This document shows, piece after piece, positions 38,498-49,276 of a stretch of DNA of 64,000 nucleotides. The notes under the pieces are model-generated. The model worked only from the letters and a program-made list of their open reading frames with translations. It searched no databases and had not been told where the DNA came from. The first letter of the stretch is position 1. Each line of letters starts with the position of its first letter. Source of the DNA: Candidatus Latescibacterota bacterium (GTDB lineage: Bacteria > Latescibacterota > UBA2968 > GCA-2709665); NCBI GenBank assembly GCA_963662665.2, contig CAXXJS010000040.1:365574-429573 (forward strand), read 5' to 3'. Position numbers and translations under genes: made by a program.

Positions 38498-40027
38498 ATG
38501 GCGGAGGACTCTCACAGGACAGGGAACCTGGACCGGATGAACACGGACGCCGGAAGCGCGGACGGTTTCCTGCTCATGAACGGGATCGAGGACGTCTATC
38601 ACGTGACGCAGGCGGTGTGCGAGGCCGAAAAACATCCCCTCAATCCCGTACTTCCCGTTGGCGACTCGCACGAGTGGGACTCCACCCACTGCGCGCCGTG
38701 GTCCTCGCCCACGGTCATCTACGACGATGAAGACAAGCTCTTCAAGGCCTGGTACGCGGGTTCGGACATCGCACCCTCCAGGTGGTGGGCCATGGGGTAC
38801 GCGGTGAGCGAAGACGGGGTCAACTGGCACAAACCCGAATTGGGTATGTACGAGTACAACGGGAGCAAGAAGAACAACATCGTCCTGGACGGGCGCGGCC
38901 CGATCATCAAGGACGACTCCGAGCCGGACCCGGACAAGCGATTCAAGGGGATCAAGCGCAGCTTCGGCGGGCAGGCGGTTTACGCCGGCAAGGGCGCCCG
39001 GGCCAACTATTCTCCCGACGGGGTCCACTGGACCGAGGGTCCCAATATCGACCTGCCCGAGTGGTTTCGCGGACCGCCCGATATCGGCGTCCTCGTCCGG
39101 GACGACCAGGACCCGGATCCCTCGCGCCGGTACAAGATCGTCTTCCAGGAGATGGTACCGTTCGACAAGCCGGATATCAAGCGTCACGCCGAACGGTACC
39201 GCGGCCTGGGGCGCGCCAAGATTCTGGCGTACGGCCCGGACGTCGAGTACTTCCGGAGGGCGGAAGAGAACCCCCTGCTCTCCCCCGCCGACGGCCTCGA
39301 GTACGAGGACCATCACATCATGATGTCGCCGTACGGCGGCGCATGGATCATCTGCTACGAGTACGGCTGGTACGTACCGAGCCGCTATGGCTTCTACGGG
39401 ACGTACTCGGCGGACATACGCCTGGCGACCAGCGGAGACGGACTCAATTTCCGGCGGGTGAATCCCCATCAGAAGGTCATCGCTCGCGGCGCGCACGGCG
39501 AGTGGGACGGGGGGTTGCTCATTATTACGGATAAACCGGTCGTCAAGGACGGTACCATCTACATGTACTATGGCGGGTCGGGCGAAGAGTTCACGAGTTG
39601 GCCGCCGGAAAACGAGATCTCCGAGTTTGTTCATGAGATGGGGAGCGGAAGCGCACGTATGGCGCGGATGGGCCTGGCCACGCTCCGCGAAGATGGCTTT
39701 ACCTGCCTGGAGACCCCGGACCGGGAGACGCCCGGAAACGCGACCACCACGCCGCTGGCGTTGACCGACCGTTCGACTGCGCTGACGGTCAACGTGGGAG
39801 ACGTGCGACAAAACCGCAACTGGGTCGAAGTTGAAGTTCTGGACGCGGATTCAGGTGAGCCGATTCCCGGTTACGGATGCGAGGACTGTGACGATGTCTA
39901 CGTCGACGGACTGCGACGCCCCGTGGCGTGGGGCGACAAACGTCTTGCGGACGTCGGCCGAGACCGCTTCAAGCTGCGATTCCATCTGTATGGCGCGGCC
40001 CGGCTGTACGGATACCGATTCGTCTGA
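38498..40027 (+). CDS. GH32-like beta-propeller protein with C-terminal beta-sandwich
   Basis: KHPLNPVL, YAVSEDGVNWHKPELG, GLATLREDGF, KLRFHL..ARLYGYRF. Confidence 0.72.
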   Translation: MAEDSHRTGNLDRMNTDAGSADGFLLMNGIEDVYHVTQAVCEAEKHPLNPVLPVGDSHEWDSTHCAPWSSPTVIYDDEDKLFKAWYAGSDIAPSRWWAMGYAVSEDGVNWHKPELGMYEYNGSKKNNIVLDGRGPIIKDDSEPDPDKRFKGIKRSFGGQAVYAGKGARANYSPDGVHWTEGPNIDLPEWFRGPPDIGVLVRDDQDPDPSRRYKIVFQEMVPFDKPDIKRHAERYRGLGRAKILAYGPDVEYFRRAEENPLLSPADGLEYEDHHIMMSPYGGAWIICYEYGWYVPSRYGFYGTYSADIRLATSGDGLNFRRVNPHQKVIARGAHGEWDGGLLIITDKPVVKDGTIYMYYGGSGEEFTSWPPENEISEFVHEMGSGSARMARMGLATLREDGFTCLETPDRETPGNATTTPLALTDRSTALTVNVGDVRQNRNWVEVEVLDADSGEPIPGYGCEDCDDVYVDGLRRPVAWGDKRLADVGRDRFKLRFHLYGAARLYGYRFV

Positions 40028-40064
40028 GGGATACCGGCGCACGGCTCGGTATCGAGAGGAACCT

Positions 40065-41894
40065 ATGGAAGATCAGCAGACCCCCGACGTGATTGTGGCC
40101 AGGGACGTGATGGTCCCGATGCGGGACGGCGTACGCCTTGCCACCGACCTCTACTTCCCGGGCGAGGTTGCAGATCGACGAACCGGGGCCTTCCCGGCGG
40201 TCCTCGAGAGGACGCCGTATAACAAGAACGGCGGGGCGGCCATCGCGAGCTTTTTCGCGCGGAACGGCTATATGGCCGCCGTACAGGACTGCAGGGGACG
40301 CTATGGTTCAGCGGGCGTGTTCTTCCCGTTCAGGGACGACCCGGAGGACGGATACGACACCATCGAATGGATCGCCAGTCATCCGTCGTGCAACGGGAAG
40401 GTGGGCATGCACGGGTGTTCCTACAATGCGTGGGTGCAGTTCCACGCGGCCACGCAGAACCCCCCGTCCCTGGCGACGATGATTCCATTCGAAGGGCCCA
40501 TCAACGCCTGGCACTATAGTATGCGCGAGGGGGGCGCACTGCATCTCGGTCTCCTTAACTGGGCGGTCCGGATGTCGACTACGGGCCACGAGGCGCTGGC
40601 GGACCCGGCCATTGCCGAAGCCATAAAGACCATGTCCGCCGACGGACAGCAGTTCCTCGAGTGGGCTTCCCGTATTCCCTGGCGACGCGGTCAGACGCCG
40701 CTGGCGGTCGTACCGCAGTACGAGGACGCGGTCTTCCAGCTCTATTTCGAGAACAACGACTATACGGAATTCTGGCGGCAGCCGGGATTCGCGATGGACG
40801 AGTATTTCGATTCGTTTCCCGACATGCCCATCCTCTGGATGGCAGGCTGGTTCGACTGGTATCCGAGGACGATTATCGACGGCTTTCAGAAGTTGGTGCG
40901 CATGGGACGCGGGAATCAGCATCTGCTGGTGGGTCCGTGGACCCACGGCAACTGCAAACCGTCCTGCGGAGACGTACACTTCGGACCGGAAGGCGGCCTC
41001 CATTTCCAAAAGGATTTCCTCCACCTCTACCTCGAGTGGTTCAACAGGTGGCTCAAGGAAGATGATACGGTTGACGTGGGCACCGCGGTGCGGGTGTTCC
41101 GGATGGGCGGCGGGGACGGCAGCCGCGACAGGTACGGGCTCCTGCAACACGGCGGAAAGTGGTTCAGCGTAGCCGGCTGGCCGCCGGAAGGCTCGCGCGA
41201 GAGACCGTACTATATCCATGAAAACGGTATCCTGTCGCCCGACGCCCCCTCTCAGGACGACGCCTCGACGACGTATAGATACGACCCGAGCAATACGGTG
41301 TCCAGCAACGGCCGCTGTATCATCCCATACGGTCCGATGAAAGAGGGGTGGTTCAAGGGGATGGGACCCCGCGATCAGATTGAGATCGAGACCCTTCCCG
41401 GGCATGGCGTCCCCGGCATGCCCATCGCCTCCCGGCCCGACGTGCTGGTCTTTCAAACCGCGCCGCTTTCCGCGGACCTGTCGATCGCAGGGAATATCAG
41501 GGGAGTCCTTTGGATATCCTCGGACGCGCCGGATACCGATTTTTTCATGAAGCTGCTCGACGTCTATCCCGCCAGCCGGGACGATCCGAACGGGTACGCC
41601 TTTCCGGTTTCCGAGGGCATCCTGCGCGCACGATACCGGGATAGCCGGGAGCATCCGACGCCCATGGATCCGGGAACGGTATATCGTATCGAAGTCGACA
41701 TGCAACCGTCCGCAAACCTGTTCAGGGCCGGCCATCGTATCCGCCTGGACATCTGCAGCAGCAATTTCCCCAATTACGACATCAACCGGAATACAGGCGA
41801 TCCCGACGACAGAGACTGCCGCATCGCCCGCAATACCGTCTACCACGAGGCCGGCCGCGCCTCGTACGTTCAACTGCCCATCTGGAAGTCATGA
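40065..41894 (+). CDS. CocE/NonD family serine hydrolase (peptidase S15)
   Basis: VPMRDGVRLATDLY, ERTPY, QDCRGRYGS, GCSY nucleophile, GWFD, GPWTH, SSNFP. Confidence 0.92.
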   Translation: MEDQQTPDVIVARDVMVPMRDGVRLATDLYFPGEVADRRTGAFPAVLERTPYNKNGGAAIASFFARNGYMAAVQDCRGRYGSAGVFFPFRDDPEDGYDTIEWIASHPSCNGKVGMHGCSYNAWVQFHAATQNPPSLATMIPFEGPINAWHYSMREGGALHLGLLNWAVRMSTTGHEALADPAIAEAIKTMSADGQQFLEWASRIPWRRGQTPLAVVPQYEDAVFQLYFENNDYTEFWRQPGFAMDEYFDSFPDMPILWMAGWFDWYPRTIIDGFQKLVRMGRGNQHLLVGPWTHGNCKPSCGDVHFGPEGGLHFQKDFLHLYLEWFNRWLKEDDTVDVGTAVRVFRMGGGDGSRDRYGLLQHGGKWFSVAGWPPEGSRERPYYIHENGILSPDAPSQDDASTTYRYDPSNTVSSNGRCIIPYGPMKEGWFKGMGPRDQIEIETLPGHGVPGMPIASRPDVLVFQTAPLSADLSIAGNIRGVLWISSDAPDTDFFMKLLDVYPASRDDPNGYAFPVSEGILRARYRDSREHPTPMDPGTVYRIEVDMQPSANLFRAGHRIRLDICSSNFPNYDINRNTGDPDDRDCRIARNTVYHEAGRASYVQLPIWKS

Positions 41895-42967
41895 AAGGCG
41901 AATCGATGTCCGACAGCACAAGACCTGACCTGAAGACCGCGGAAATCGAGGGCAGAAGGGTACTCTGCCTGGATGTTATGGAAGCACCCGTCGCGGTGTC
42001 CGGCTTCCCCTGGATGGAACGGGAGAGGCAGTTCTGCCGGCTGCCAGTCGACGCGCTGCCGGACATGAGCGAATCCGTCCGGAGACTGGCCTGGTGTACC
42101 TCGGGCGGGATGGCGCGTTTCAGGACGGATTCCCGAACAATCGCCATCCGGGTGGAACTGGCCGAGGTCGTCGACATGCCGCACATGCCGCGGTCAGGAA
42201 ATTCCGGGTTCGATATTTACGCGGGAGTCGGAACAGAGAAGCGGTTCATAAACGCCGCGAGACCGCCCATGATTGAGCGGGTATACGAAACGCTCCTGGT
42301 CGATGGACAGGACGGCGGCATGCGGGAATGGACGCTGAATTTTCCGGTTTACAACGGCGTCAACCGGGTTGTTATCGGATTGGATCCGGGCGCGAAAATC
42401 GAACCACCCTCGCCGTTCACGGTTGAGAAGCCGCTTCTCTTCTACGGGTCCTCAATAACGCACGGAGGCTGCGCGTCCCGGCCGGGAAACACCTATCCCA
42501 ATATCCTGTCGCGTTGGCTGGATGCGAACCTGATCAACTTCGGATTCAGCGGTAGCGCCAGGGGTGAGCCGGAAATGGCCCGTCTGATCGCGAAGGTGGA
42601 CATGCGTATGTTTGTGATGGATTACGACCACAATGCCCCTACGGCCGATTATCTGGAGCAGACACATGAGGCGTTTTTCCGGATTGTGAGGGATGCCCGT
42701 CCCGACCTGCCCATTATCATCGTTTCGAGTCCGTCGATCAATGCCAATCCGTCACGCTGGACGGAGAGGCGAGAGATCATTCGAAGGACATATCTGAATG
42801 CCTTGAAACGAGGTGACGCCAGGGTGTGGTTTGTGGATGGCGAGACCCTTTTCGGCTCGGCCGATCAGGACGCATGTACTGTCGACGGGGTTCACCCGAA
42901 CGACCTGGGATTCCTGCGTATGGCCAAAGCGATTCGTCGGTCGGTCGAAGCGGCCCGCCTCGCGTGA
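41891..42967 (+). CDS. SGNH/GDSL hydrolase with N-terminal GxDLY-like domain
   Basis: SGFDIY, YGSSITHG, GFSG, DYDHN, DGVHPNDLG. Confidence 0.88.
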   Translation: MKGESMSDSTRPDLKTAEIEGRRVLCLDVMEAPVAVSGFPWMERERQFCRLPVDALPDMSESVRRLAWCTSGGMARFRTDSRTIAIRVELAEVVDMPHMPRSGNSGFDIYAGVGTEKRFINAARPPMIERVYETLLVDGQDGGMREWTLNFPVYNGVNRVVIGLDPGAKIEPPSPFTVEKPLLFYGSSITHGGCASRPGNTYPNILSRWLDANLINFGFSGSARGEPEMARLIAKVDMRMFVMDYDHNAPTADYLEQTHEAFFRIVRDARPDLPIIIVSSPSINANPSRWTERREIIRRTYLNALKRGDARVWFVDGETLFGSADQDACTVDGVHPNDLGFLRMAKAIRRSVEAARLA

Positions 42968-43043
42968 AGTCCCGGGCTGACCTGATCCGGAAACTGGAAT
43001 GTTAATTCAGAAAACAAGAGATCCACGGCACAAGGAGGAGATA

Positions 43044-44108
43044 ATGAAGACCCGTATTTTTCGCGGAAGTCCCGCAGAGATCGGAAAGGCCCAGGGCTCC
43101 ATGGACCCTGAGGCGGCCCGTGACTATCTGAAGTTCTGGCAGGAACGCCCGCACGATTTCGACGCTACCTACTTTCGAAAGAATATGGCGTTCATGCGCC
43201 GGGAGTTTCCGGATATGATCGATCAGATCGAAGCGTTCGGCGAGGCGGCAGGAATGGCGTCGTTCGACCACGCGTACTTTGGCCATATACTCTGGACCGG
43301 ACCCGTGGGTGATGCCTGTTCCACGCTGGGAATCCTGCTGGAAGACGACGGCCCCGCCATGTTGTCCACCAACGACGGAGGCACGGATACGGCGCCGGGA
43401 ACGGTCTCCAATTCCGTTGTGTCGTTTTTCCCGGACACGAAACCTCATGGAATGATGGGGTTCGGCACCAGGCGGCAGGTCACGCTGGGGATGGCTGTGA
43501 ATGACGCCGGACTGGCAGTCGGAGCGAATTCCGGGCATCGGAAGTTCAACTTTGTCTCGAACCCCGAACGCCTCAACCTCTACTTCGTCGTTCACCTGCT
43601 CGCGCAGCACTGCGGCGACTGCGACGACGTCCGGCATTTCGTGGAACAGTACCGCCTCTCCGGGCAAAAGGGGATGAACCTGGTCACGGTCGACGCCGAG
43701 GGGAACATACTGGGTCTGGAACTGGAGTCGGAGAACGTCGCCATTTCGGAGGCGCAGGACGGGATGCTCCTGGAGGTCAACCACTGGCGGCATCCCAGGC
43801 TCCGGAAACCGTCGCGCGAGGCGGACCCTGATTTCTGGGACGGGCCATACTATTACAATTCCCAGGCCCGCGTCATGTATTTCGAGCACTATCGAAACGT
43901 GTTCGCGCGAATGAAGACGATGCAGGACCTTGTGGACTTTTCGTTTGATGTCCACGCGCCGGGGCGGATCCTCCAGATGCACGGGCTGAACGTGGGTGAC
44001 CTGATCTCCTGCCAGGTCATGTTCGCAACCACGAGAGATCGAAAGATGAGGCTTTACCTGCATCCGATTGAAAAAGACAATTTCGAGGAGTTCGAATATC
44101 CAAATTGA
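43044..44108 (+). CDS. Peptidase C45 family Ntn-hydrolase, paralog 2
   Basis: DA-CSTLG; shares FMRREFP, DDGPAML, SGHRKFN, YYNSQ, DFSFDVH with 37383; AAGGAGG RBS. Confidence 0.75.
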   Translation: MKTRIFRGSPAEIGKAQGSMDPEAARDYLKFWQERPHDFDATYFRKNMAFMRREFPDMIDQIEAFGEAAGMASFDHAYFGHILWTGPVGDACSTLGILLEDDGPAMLSTNDGGTDTAPGTVSNSVVSFFPDTKPHGMMGFGTRRQVTLGMAVNDAGLAVGANSGHRKFNFVSNPERLNLYFVVHLLAQHCGDCDDVRHFVEQYRLSGQKGMNLVTVDAEGNILGLELESENVAISEAQDGMLLEVNHWRHPRLRKPSREADPDFWDGPYYYNSQARVMYFEHYRNVFARMKTMQDLVDFSFDVHAPGRILQMHGLNVGDLISCQVMFATTRDRKMRLYLHPIEKDNFEEFEYPN

Positions 44109-44154
44109 CCAAAGGGTGGAAAGGGGTCGCAAGGGGCAACGTCAGTAGCCTGAA

Positions 44155-44173
44155 CTGTCGCATTTTGCGACAG
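44155..44173. promoter_or_regulatory. Perfect palindrome, candidate regulator-binding site
   Basis: CTGTCGCA-TTT-TGCGACAG in an intergenic region. Confidence 0.45.
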
Positions 44174-44379
44174 AAAAATCACGCTGGGAATGCTGATGGC
44201 CATTGCGTCAGGCACGCGAATATTGTAGAATTAAGGGTGAACCCGTCTCTTAAACAGGGCTGCGCCGGTGGCAGGCAATCCTCGCCGGCCTTCGGGCGCG
44301 GCTAATCACGCGCGCGTGTCCTTATCGTTTGCCGGACGCTGTCCGGCAAACCGCGGGACGTATCGAAAAGGAGCTGAAG

Positions 44380-45294
44380 TTGAACCGCACTAAGGAAGTT
44401 CCGTACCCGGACGTGAAGATCGCGAACCTGAAATCATACTTTCGAACGGCGTCCATTCTCATCGCCGCCCTCTGTATCCTTGCGCCCCGGCCCGCCTTTG
44501 CGGGCGCGTGGACGCTGGAAAAAGGCCAGGTGTGGAGCAAAATCACCGGCCTTTACCAGGCCACCGACAGGCACTACGAAAAAGACGGCGACGCGAGCAA
44601 GATCCCGGCCGATTATACGTCACGGGAGGTGTATCTCGACGTGTATTACGGGGTGACCAAGCGCTTCGATCTCGGCGTTCAGTTCGCGGCGATCAACCGG
44701 ATGTTCGAGAATTTCACCTCGCCCACGCACAGAGAGATGTTTGGATATCGCACAAAAGAGTCAGGTCTTGGCGACGTCCGCGTCTTCGGCAAGGTCAATC
44801 TCGTACACGAACCTGTCGTGGGCACCCTGATGCTTGGTATCAAGGCGCCAACCGGGGATTTTCGCGCCGCGCCCGAGGCCATGTCTGCCGGAAACGGCCA
44901 GTGGGACGTCGAAGTGATCGCGCAGATCGGCCGCTCCTATTGGCCCACCCCGATATACGCCAATATCGATCTGGGATATCGCCTCCGGGAGACAAACGAA
45001 ACCATTCACCACAACCCGGACGACGAGTTGATCTACAACGTTGAGATCGGCGGCAGCCCCACCGAGATGCTGAACGTCGCCCTGAAACTGGAAGGGATCT
45101 CGGGCGGCGGCCGGCGCGTCACCTATGCGATACCCACGGCGATCGTCAGCCTGCCGCAGGGCCTCGCCCTCGAAGCCGCGGCGCGTGTGTCCGTACTTGG
45201 CCGCGCCGACCCCGCGCTCGGAGCGCCTTATACGTTTTTCGCCGGCTCCACGTGGCTGTTCGGGATTTCCTACACCGGAAGCCTGATGCGGTAA
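44380..45294 (+). CDS. Outer-membrane beta-barrel (MetA-pathway/transporter-like)
   Basis: Signal peptide ending AFA-GAW, SGLGDVRV, IKAPTG, GNGQWDVE, terminal FGISY; start codon uncertain. Confidence 0.65.
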   Translation: MNRTKEVPYPDVKIANLKSYFRTASILIAALCILAPRPAFAGAWTLEKGQVWSKITGLYQATDRHYEKDGDASKIPADYTSREVYLDVYYGVTKRFDLGVQFAAINRMFENFTSPTHREMFGYRTKESGLGDVRVFGKVNLVHEPVVGTLMLGIKAPTGDFRAAPEAMSAGNGQWDVEVIAQIGRSYWPTPIYANIDLGYRLRETNETIHHNPDDELIYNVEIGGSPTEMLNVALKLEGISGGGRRVTYAIPTAIVSLPQGLALEAAARVSVLGRADPALGAPYTFFAGSTWLFGISYTGSLMR

Positions 45295-45350
45295 TCGCAC
45301 CATGTGGGAAATTAGCCTTCTCGATGGAGCAGAGCCAACGTGCATACGAA

Positions 45351-45383
45351 AGGGGAAGGGGCGTTTGCCCCTTCCCCTGTTTT
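45351..45383 (+). terminator. Rho-independent terminator
   Basis: AGGGGAAGGGGC-GTTT-GCCCCTTCCCCT-GTTTT. Confidence 0.7.
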
Positions 45384-45457
45384 CAATGCGATAAGTGGAA
45401 GGCAAGGGCATTGCACCCGAAAGTGAAAGGTACGGATTGCCTGGAGAGGGCGCAGGG

Positions 45458-46543
45458 TTGACGCGGATTGCGCGGACGATCGGGATTTTCTGGTTCTTGC
45501 TTGTAAGCGTAGCGATACACGCTCAGACACGGACCCCGGTGTCTGAGGGGCCGCGTTTTACCGAAAAACACCGCGGGGTCTGTTTCGTGGCCGGACCGGG
45601 CCGCCCCGCAGAGAAGGCTTTCGACCGCCTGGCCGCGATGAACGTGAACTGGATTTCGCAGACGCCGTTCGGGTGGCAGCAAAGCGCCGGCGCCCCTGAG
45701 GTGATCCTCGCAACGTCGGGACGCGTCTGGTGGGGGGAATCGGACGTGGGACTGGCGGATGCGGCCCGGCGGGCGCGGCAGCGGGGAATCCGGACGATAT
45801 TGAAGCCTCACGTCTGGATCCGGGACCGCAGCGACGGGAGGTGGCGCGGGAATATTGACTTTTCGACGCCTGATGAATGGGACCGGTGGTGGACGAGCTA
45901 CCGGCGATTCATCCTCCATTACGCCGAACTGGCGGAAACTGCGGGGATGGAGGCGCTGTGTATCGGGACGGAACTGCGCAGCGCCGTGTTGAACCGCCCT
46001 GAAGCGTGGCGCAGGCTGATTGCGGACGTGCGAGCGGTGTACGGGGGCGAACTGACTTACTCGGCGAACTGGTACCGCGAGTTCGAGGAAGTGCCCTTCT
46101 GGGACGACCTCGACTACATCGGTATCCAGGTCTATTTCCCACTGGCGGACAGCACAGGCGCCGCTTTGACGCTTGATGAATTAAAGGCTGCGTGGGCGCC
46201 TCATGTAAAGTTGATCGAAGCAGTACACCAGCGGGTGGGTAAGCCGGTTCTGTTTACGGAGGTGGGCTACCGGAGTACCGCGGATGCGGCCGTGGAACCG
46301 TGGGTCTGGCGCTCGAACGCGCCGGTTGACCATGAACTGCAGGCGACACTCTACGAGGCGATGTTCCGGACGTTCTGGCGCAAGCCCTGGTTTGCGGGCG
46401 CGCACGTGTGGAAGTGGTTCCCCGAGGGGAGCACGCGATCCGGAGGAAGGCGCGCACGCCGTCGGGAACGGGGGTTCACGCCGCAGGGAAAACCGGCGGA
46501 ACAGGTTCTGGCACGGTGGTACAGGGAGGGCGGGATCGAATGA
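45458..46543 (+). CDS. Glycoside hydrolase family 113 (beta-mannanase-like), exported
   Basis: LKPHVW, WRGNI, CIGTEL (acid/base), LTYSANW, YFPL, LFTEVGYRS (nucleophile); hydrophobic N-terminus; start codon uncertain. Confidence 0.85.
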   Translation: MTRIARTIGIFWFLLVSVAIHAQTRTPVSEGPRFTEKHRGVCFVAGPGRPAEKAFDRLAAMNVNWISQTPFGWQQSAGAPEVILATSGRVWWGESDVGLADAARRARQRGIRTILKPHVWIRDRSDGRWRGNIDFSTPDEWDRWWTSYRRFILHYAELAETAGMEALCIGTELRSAVLNRPEAWRRLIADVRAVYGGELTYSANWYREFEEVPFWDDLDYIGIQVYFPLADSTGAALTLDELKAAWAPHVKLIEAVHQRVGKPVLFTEVGYRSTADAAVEPWVWRSNAPVDHELQATLYEAMFRTFWRKPWFAGAHVWKWFPEGSTRSGGRRARRRERGFTPQGKPAEQVLARWYREGGIE

Positions 46544-47372
46544 GGGCGGTTCTTGCAAAAGCTCTTCAAATTCGCGCGGACAGACGGAGACCGGGGGATT
46601 CTGGGGAGACATTCTCGGGCATGGGACGAAATATCTTCGTTATTGGACGGAGCCCTTTACAAAGACTCGGTTGTTTCCCATATTAACCCAAGCCTACGAT
46701 AATGTCGCAATCATGAACCATGGAAACCTTGGCTTTATCATAACGTGAGCTAAACGCACAACCAACAGGTCTGACTCACCATAGGAAAACTCGATACGGT
46801 CCGTCGAGCAATAGGAATGGGATCTTGAAATCTCTCTACGAACGACCGAATATTATGGTGATTGAACTACTCGAATCGACCGGGACCACGTAATCAGCAG
46901 GAACAATCCAGTCAGCCGATTGGCGTCGTAACGTATCTTCGAAGAATACGGACGTGATTAACTGTGCGTCGGGCAGCGACGTTTTCAATTCACTGTCAAC
47001 CGACGCCCGCCTACTTGTATCTGCGAAGACGGATAATCCTATATTGTGCCTAAACCTGAGAAATTGCGCAAATGGCATTATTCCGGCACAATATTCGCAT
47101 AATTAATTTGATAAGTATCTGTTTATTTGTATCTTATCATATTATTCTTTCTTGACAAAGCATAAATCTACAAGCAATAAAGTCTTAATTCATTTGTTCG
47201 GTGAGCAAATCCTCCGGGGATGATGAAGGTCGTGATCTCTGTAGCCCAACCGGGATTGCCGAGCCATCTGAGATGCGGCCCGATCTCGAAAGGCGTCAAG
47301 AACCAGAATCCGTTTTCATTGCCCGCTAATTGATCGGGAATTGTCGGAACGACATCCAAATTCCATAAACTA

Positions 47373-47422
47373 TTAATTTTATTGCATTTGTTTAATTGAC
47401 GGGTAATTGACTGGAAACTCCT
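47373..47422 (+). repeat. 50-bp perfect direct repeat, left copy
   Basis: TTAATTTTATTGCATTTGTTTAATTGACGGGTAATTGACTGGAAACTCCT, identical to 49277-49326. Confidence 0.92.
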
Positions 47423-47604
47423 GATAACTACCGGCGTCCGCTCGCTATTCACCTCGGACGTGTTTACCAGAAAGATACACGTGAGCAAGGCGGTGGCCAA
47501 TCTGCCATAGGCGATCAGCCGGTGTCCTGCGCCCTGGGGAAGCCGTGACCGCGACAAGTCGAAAATCGTAATCGGCTTTGACACTGGATGCAAGAGGTCG
47601 AAAA

Positions 47605-49071
47605 ATGGCAACAAATAGAAACCGCGCCTACCTTGTCGGCCTGGTACGGAAGTTGCGCAACCTGCCACATGAAACCGAGTGGGCCGAATTCAAAGTCAAC
47701 CACCGCGAACCGCAGACCATAGGTGAGTACGTCTCCGCGCTTTCCAACGCGGCAGCCCTGCACGGAAAGGTCCACGCATATATTATGTGGGGCGTTGAAA
47801 ATGGAACTCACGACATTGTTGGCACGGACTTTTCTCCGGCTGTTGCGAAGAAGGGCAACGAACCGCTGGAGACGTGGCTACTCCGGTTATTGAAACCACG
47901 CATAGACTTCCGTTTCCACGAAGTAATGATTGACGGGAAGCGGGTCGCAATTATGGAGATTGATCCTGCGTTTCAACACCCGGTCGCGTTCGAAGGAGTG
48001 GAGTTTATTCGGGTAGGCAGCACCCGGAGAAAACTAAAGGACTATCCGGAAAAGGAACGAGCACTCTGGCGAGTGTTCGAACTGGCGAGCTTCGAAGAGG
48101 GTATCGCCGCTGAACGGTTGTGTGGCGAGGATGTTCTATCAAAACTCGACTATCCTGCGTACTTCGACTTGCTTGAAATACCGCTCCCTGACGGCCGTGA
48201 TGCCATCCTTCATGGGTTGCAGAGTGACCGGATTATCGCCCCGAGCCACGCGGGTGGCTTCGATATTACCAACGTAGGTGCGGTTCTGTTCGCCAAGAGC
48301 CTCAGCGACTTCCCAAACCTGAAGCGCAAGGCCGTGCGGGTTATCCAATACAGGGGCAGGGGTAGGACCGAGACGATCAGGGAACAGGAGAACACCAAAG
48401 GATACGCCTGCGGCTTTGAAGGTCTGGTTGGCTACCTTGGTGGGATACTTCCAGCTAACGAAATGATCGAGAAAGCCTTGCGAAGGACGGTGCCGATGTT
48501 CCCCGACCTGGCCATCCGCGAACTCGTCGCCAACGCGCTCATCCACCAGGACTTTCTCGTCACCGGTGCAGGACCAATGGTGGAGATCTTTGATGACCGA
48601 ATTGAGATTACGAATCCCGGTGAGCCTCTCGTTGATACGCAGCGTTTTTTGGACACACCTCCCAGGTCCCGCAACGAGTCGCTTGCCTCACTAATGCGCC
48701 GGTTTCGTATCTGTGAGGAACGAGGTAGCGGGATCGACAAGGTCGTTTTCGAGATTGAGGTATTCCAGTTGCCGGCACCGCTTTTCGAGGTTCCGCCGGG
48801 TTCTACTCGCGCAGTTCTCTTCGCCCACAAGAACCTCGCCAACATGAACGTAGAGGAGCGGATAAGAGCCTGTTACCTCCATGCATGCCTCAAGTACGTT
48901 ATGCGCGATTTCCTGACTAATGCGTCACTTCGAGAAAGGTTTGGCATCAAGCAGAACAACAAGGCTGTCGCCTCTCGCCGCATTCGCGAGGCCATGGACG
49001 CCGGCATGATCAAGCCGTTTGACGAGAATGCCTCCAGAAGATTGATGAAATATGTCCCATTCTGGGCTTGA
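47605..49071 (+). CDS. AlbA_2 (Schlafen-like) plus HATPase_c_4 (RecG-C-like) plus wHTH protein
   Basis: ETEWAEFK, YVSALSN, IMWGVE...IVGT, AIRELVANALIHQD, IEITNPG, SRNESLA, CEERGSGIDK, C-terminal LTNASLRERFGI. Confidence 0.88.
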   Translation: MATNRNRAYLVGLVRKLRNLPHETEWAEFKVNHREPQTIGEYVSALSNAAALHGKVHAYIMWGVENGTHDIVGTDFSPAVAKKGNEPLETWLLRLLKPRIDFRFHEVMIDGKRVAIMEIDPAFQHPVAFEGVEFIRVGSTRRKLKDYPEKERALWRVFELASFEEGIAAERLCGEDVLSKLDYPAYFDLLEIPLPDGRDAILHGLQSDRIIAPSHAGGFDITNVGAVLFAKSLSDFPNLKRKAVRVIQYRGRGRTETIREQENTKGYACGFEGLVGYLGGILPANEMIEKALRRTVPMFPDLAIRELVANALIHQDFLVTGAGPMVEIFDDRIEITNPGEPLVDTQRFLDTPPRSRNESLASLMRRFRICEERGSGIDKVVFEIEVFQLPAPLFEVPPGSTRAVLFAHKNLANMNVEERIRACYLHACLKYVMRDFLTNASLRERFGIKQNNKAVASRRIREAMDAGMIKPFDENASRRLMKYVPFWA

Positions 49072-49276
49072 TCTCGATTGGCGTGGATTGATCGATGGCC
49101 CGACGTCTCGGAAACCGCCAGGAACTGTATCAATTGATGGTTAGATGATCGAACGAACCCGAAAGTGGCTTAGTGGGCCGACATATCTTTCTTTTTTAAT
49201 AAGTTACGCCACAGAGGAACAATGGACGGCCAATTGATCAGGAAACACCCGACAGCCGTTGAAATGCAATAACTCG

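Noticed and set aside
46836-47078. 80-aa minus-strand ORF as a real gene
   Set aside because: No clear RBS, no motif and atypical composition
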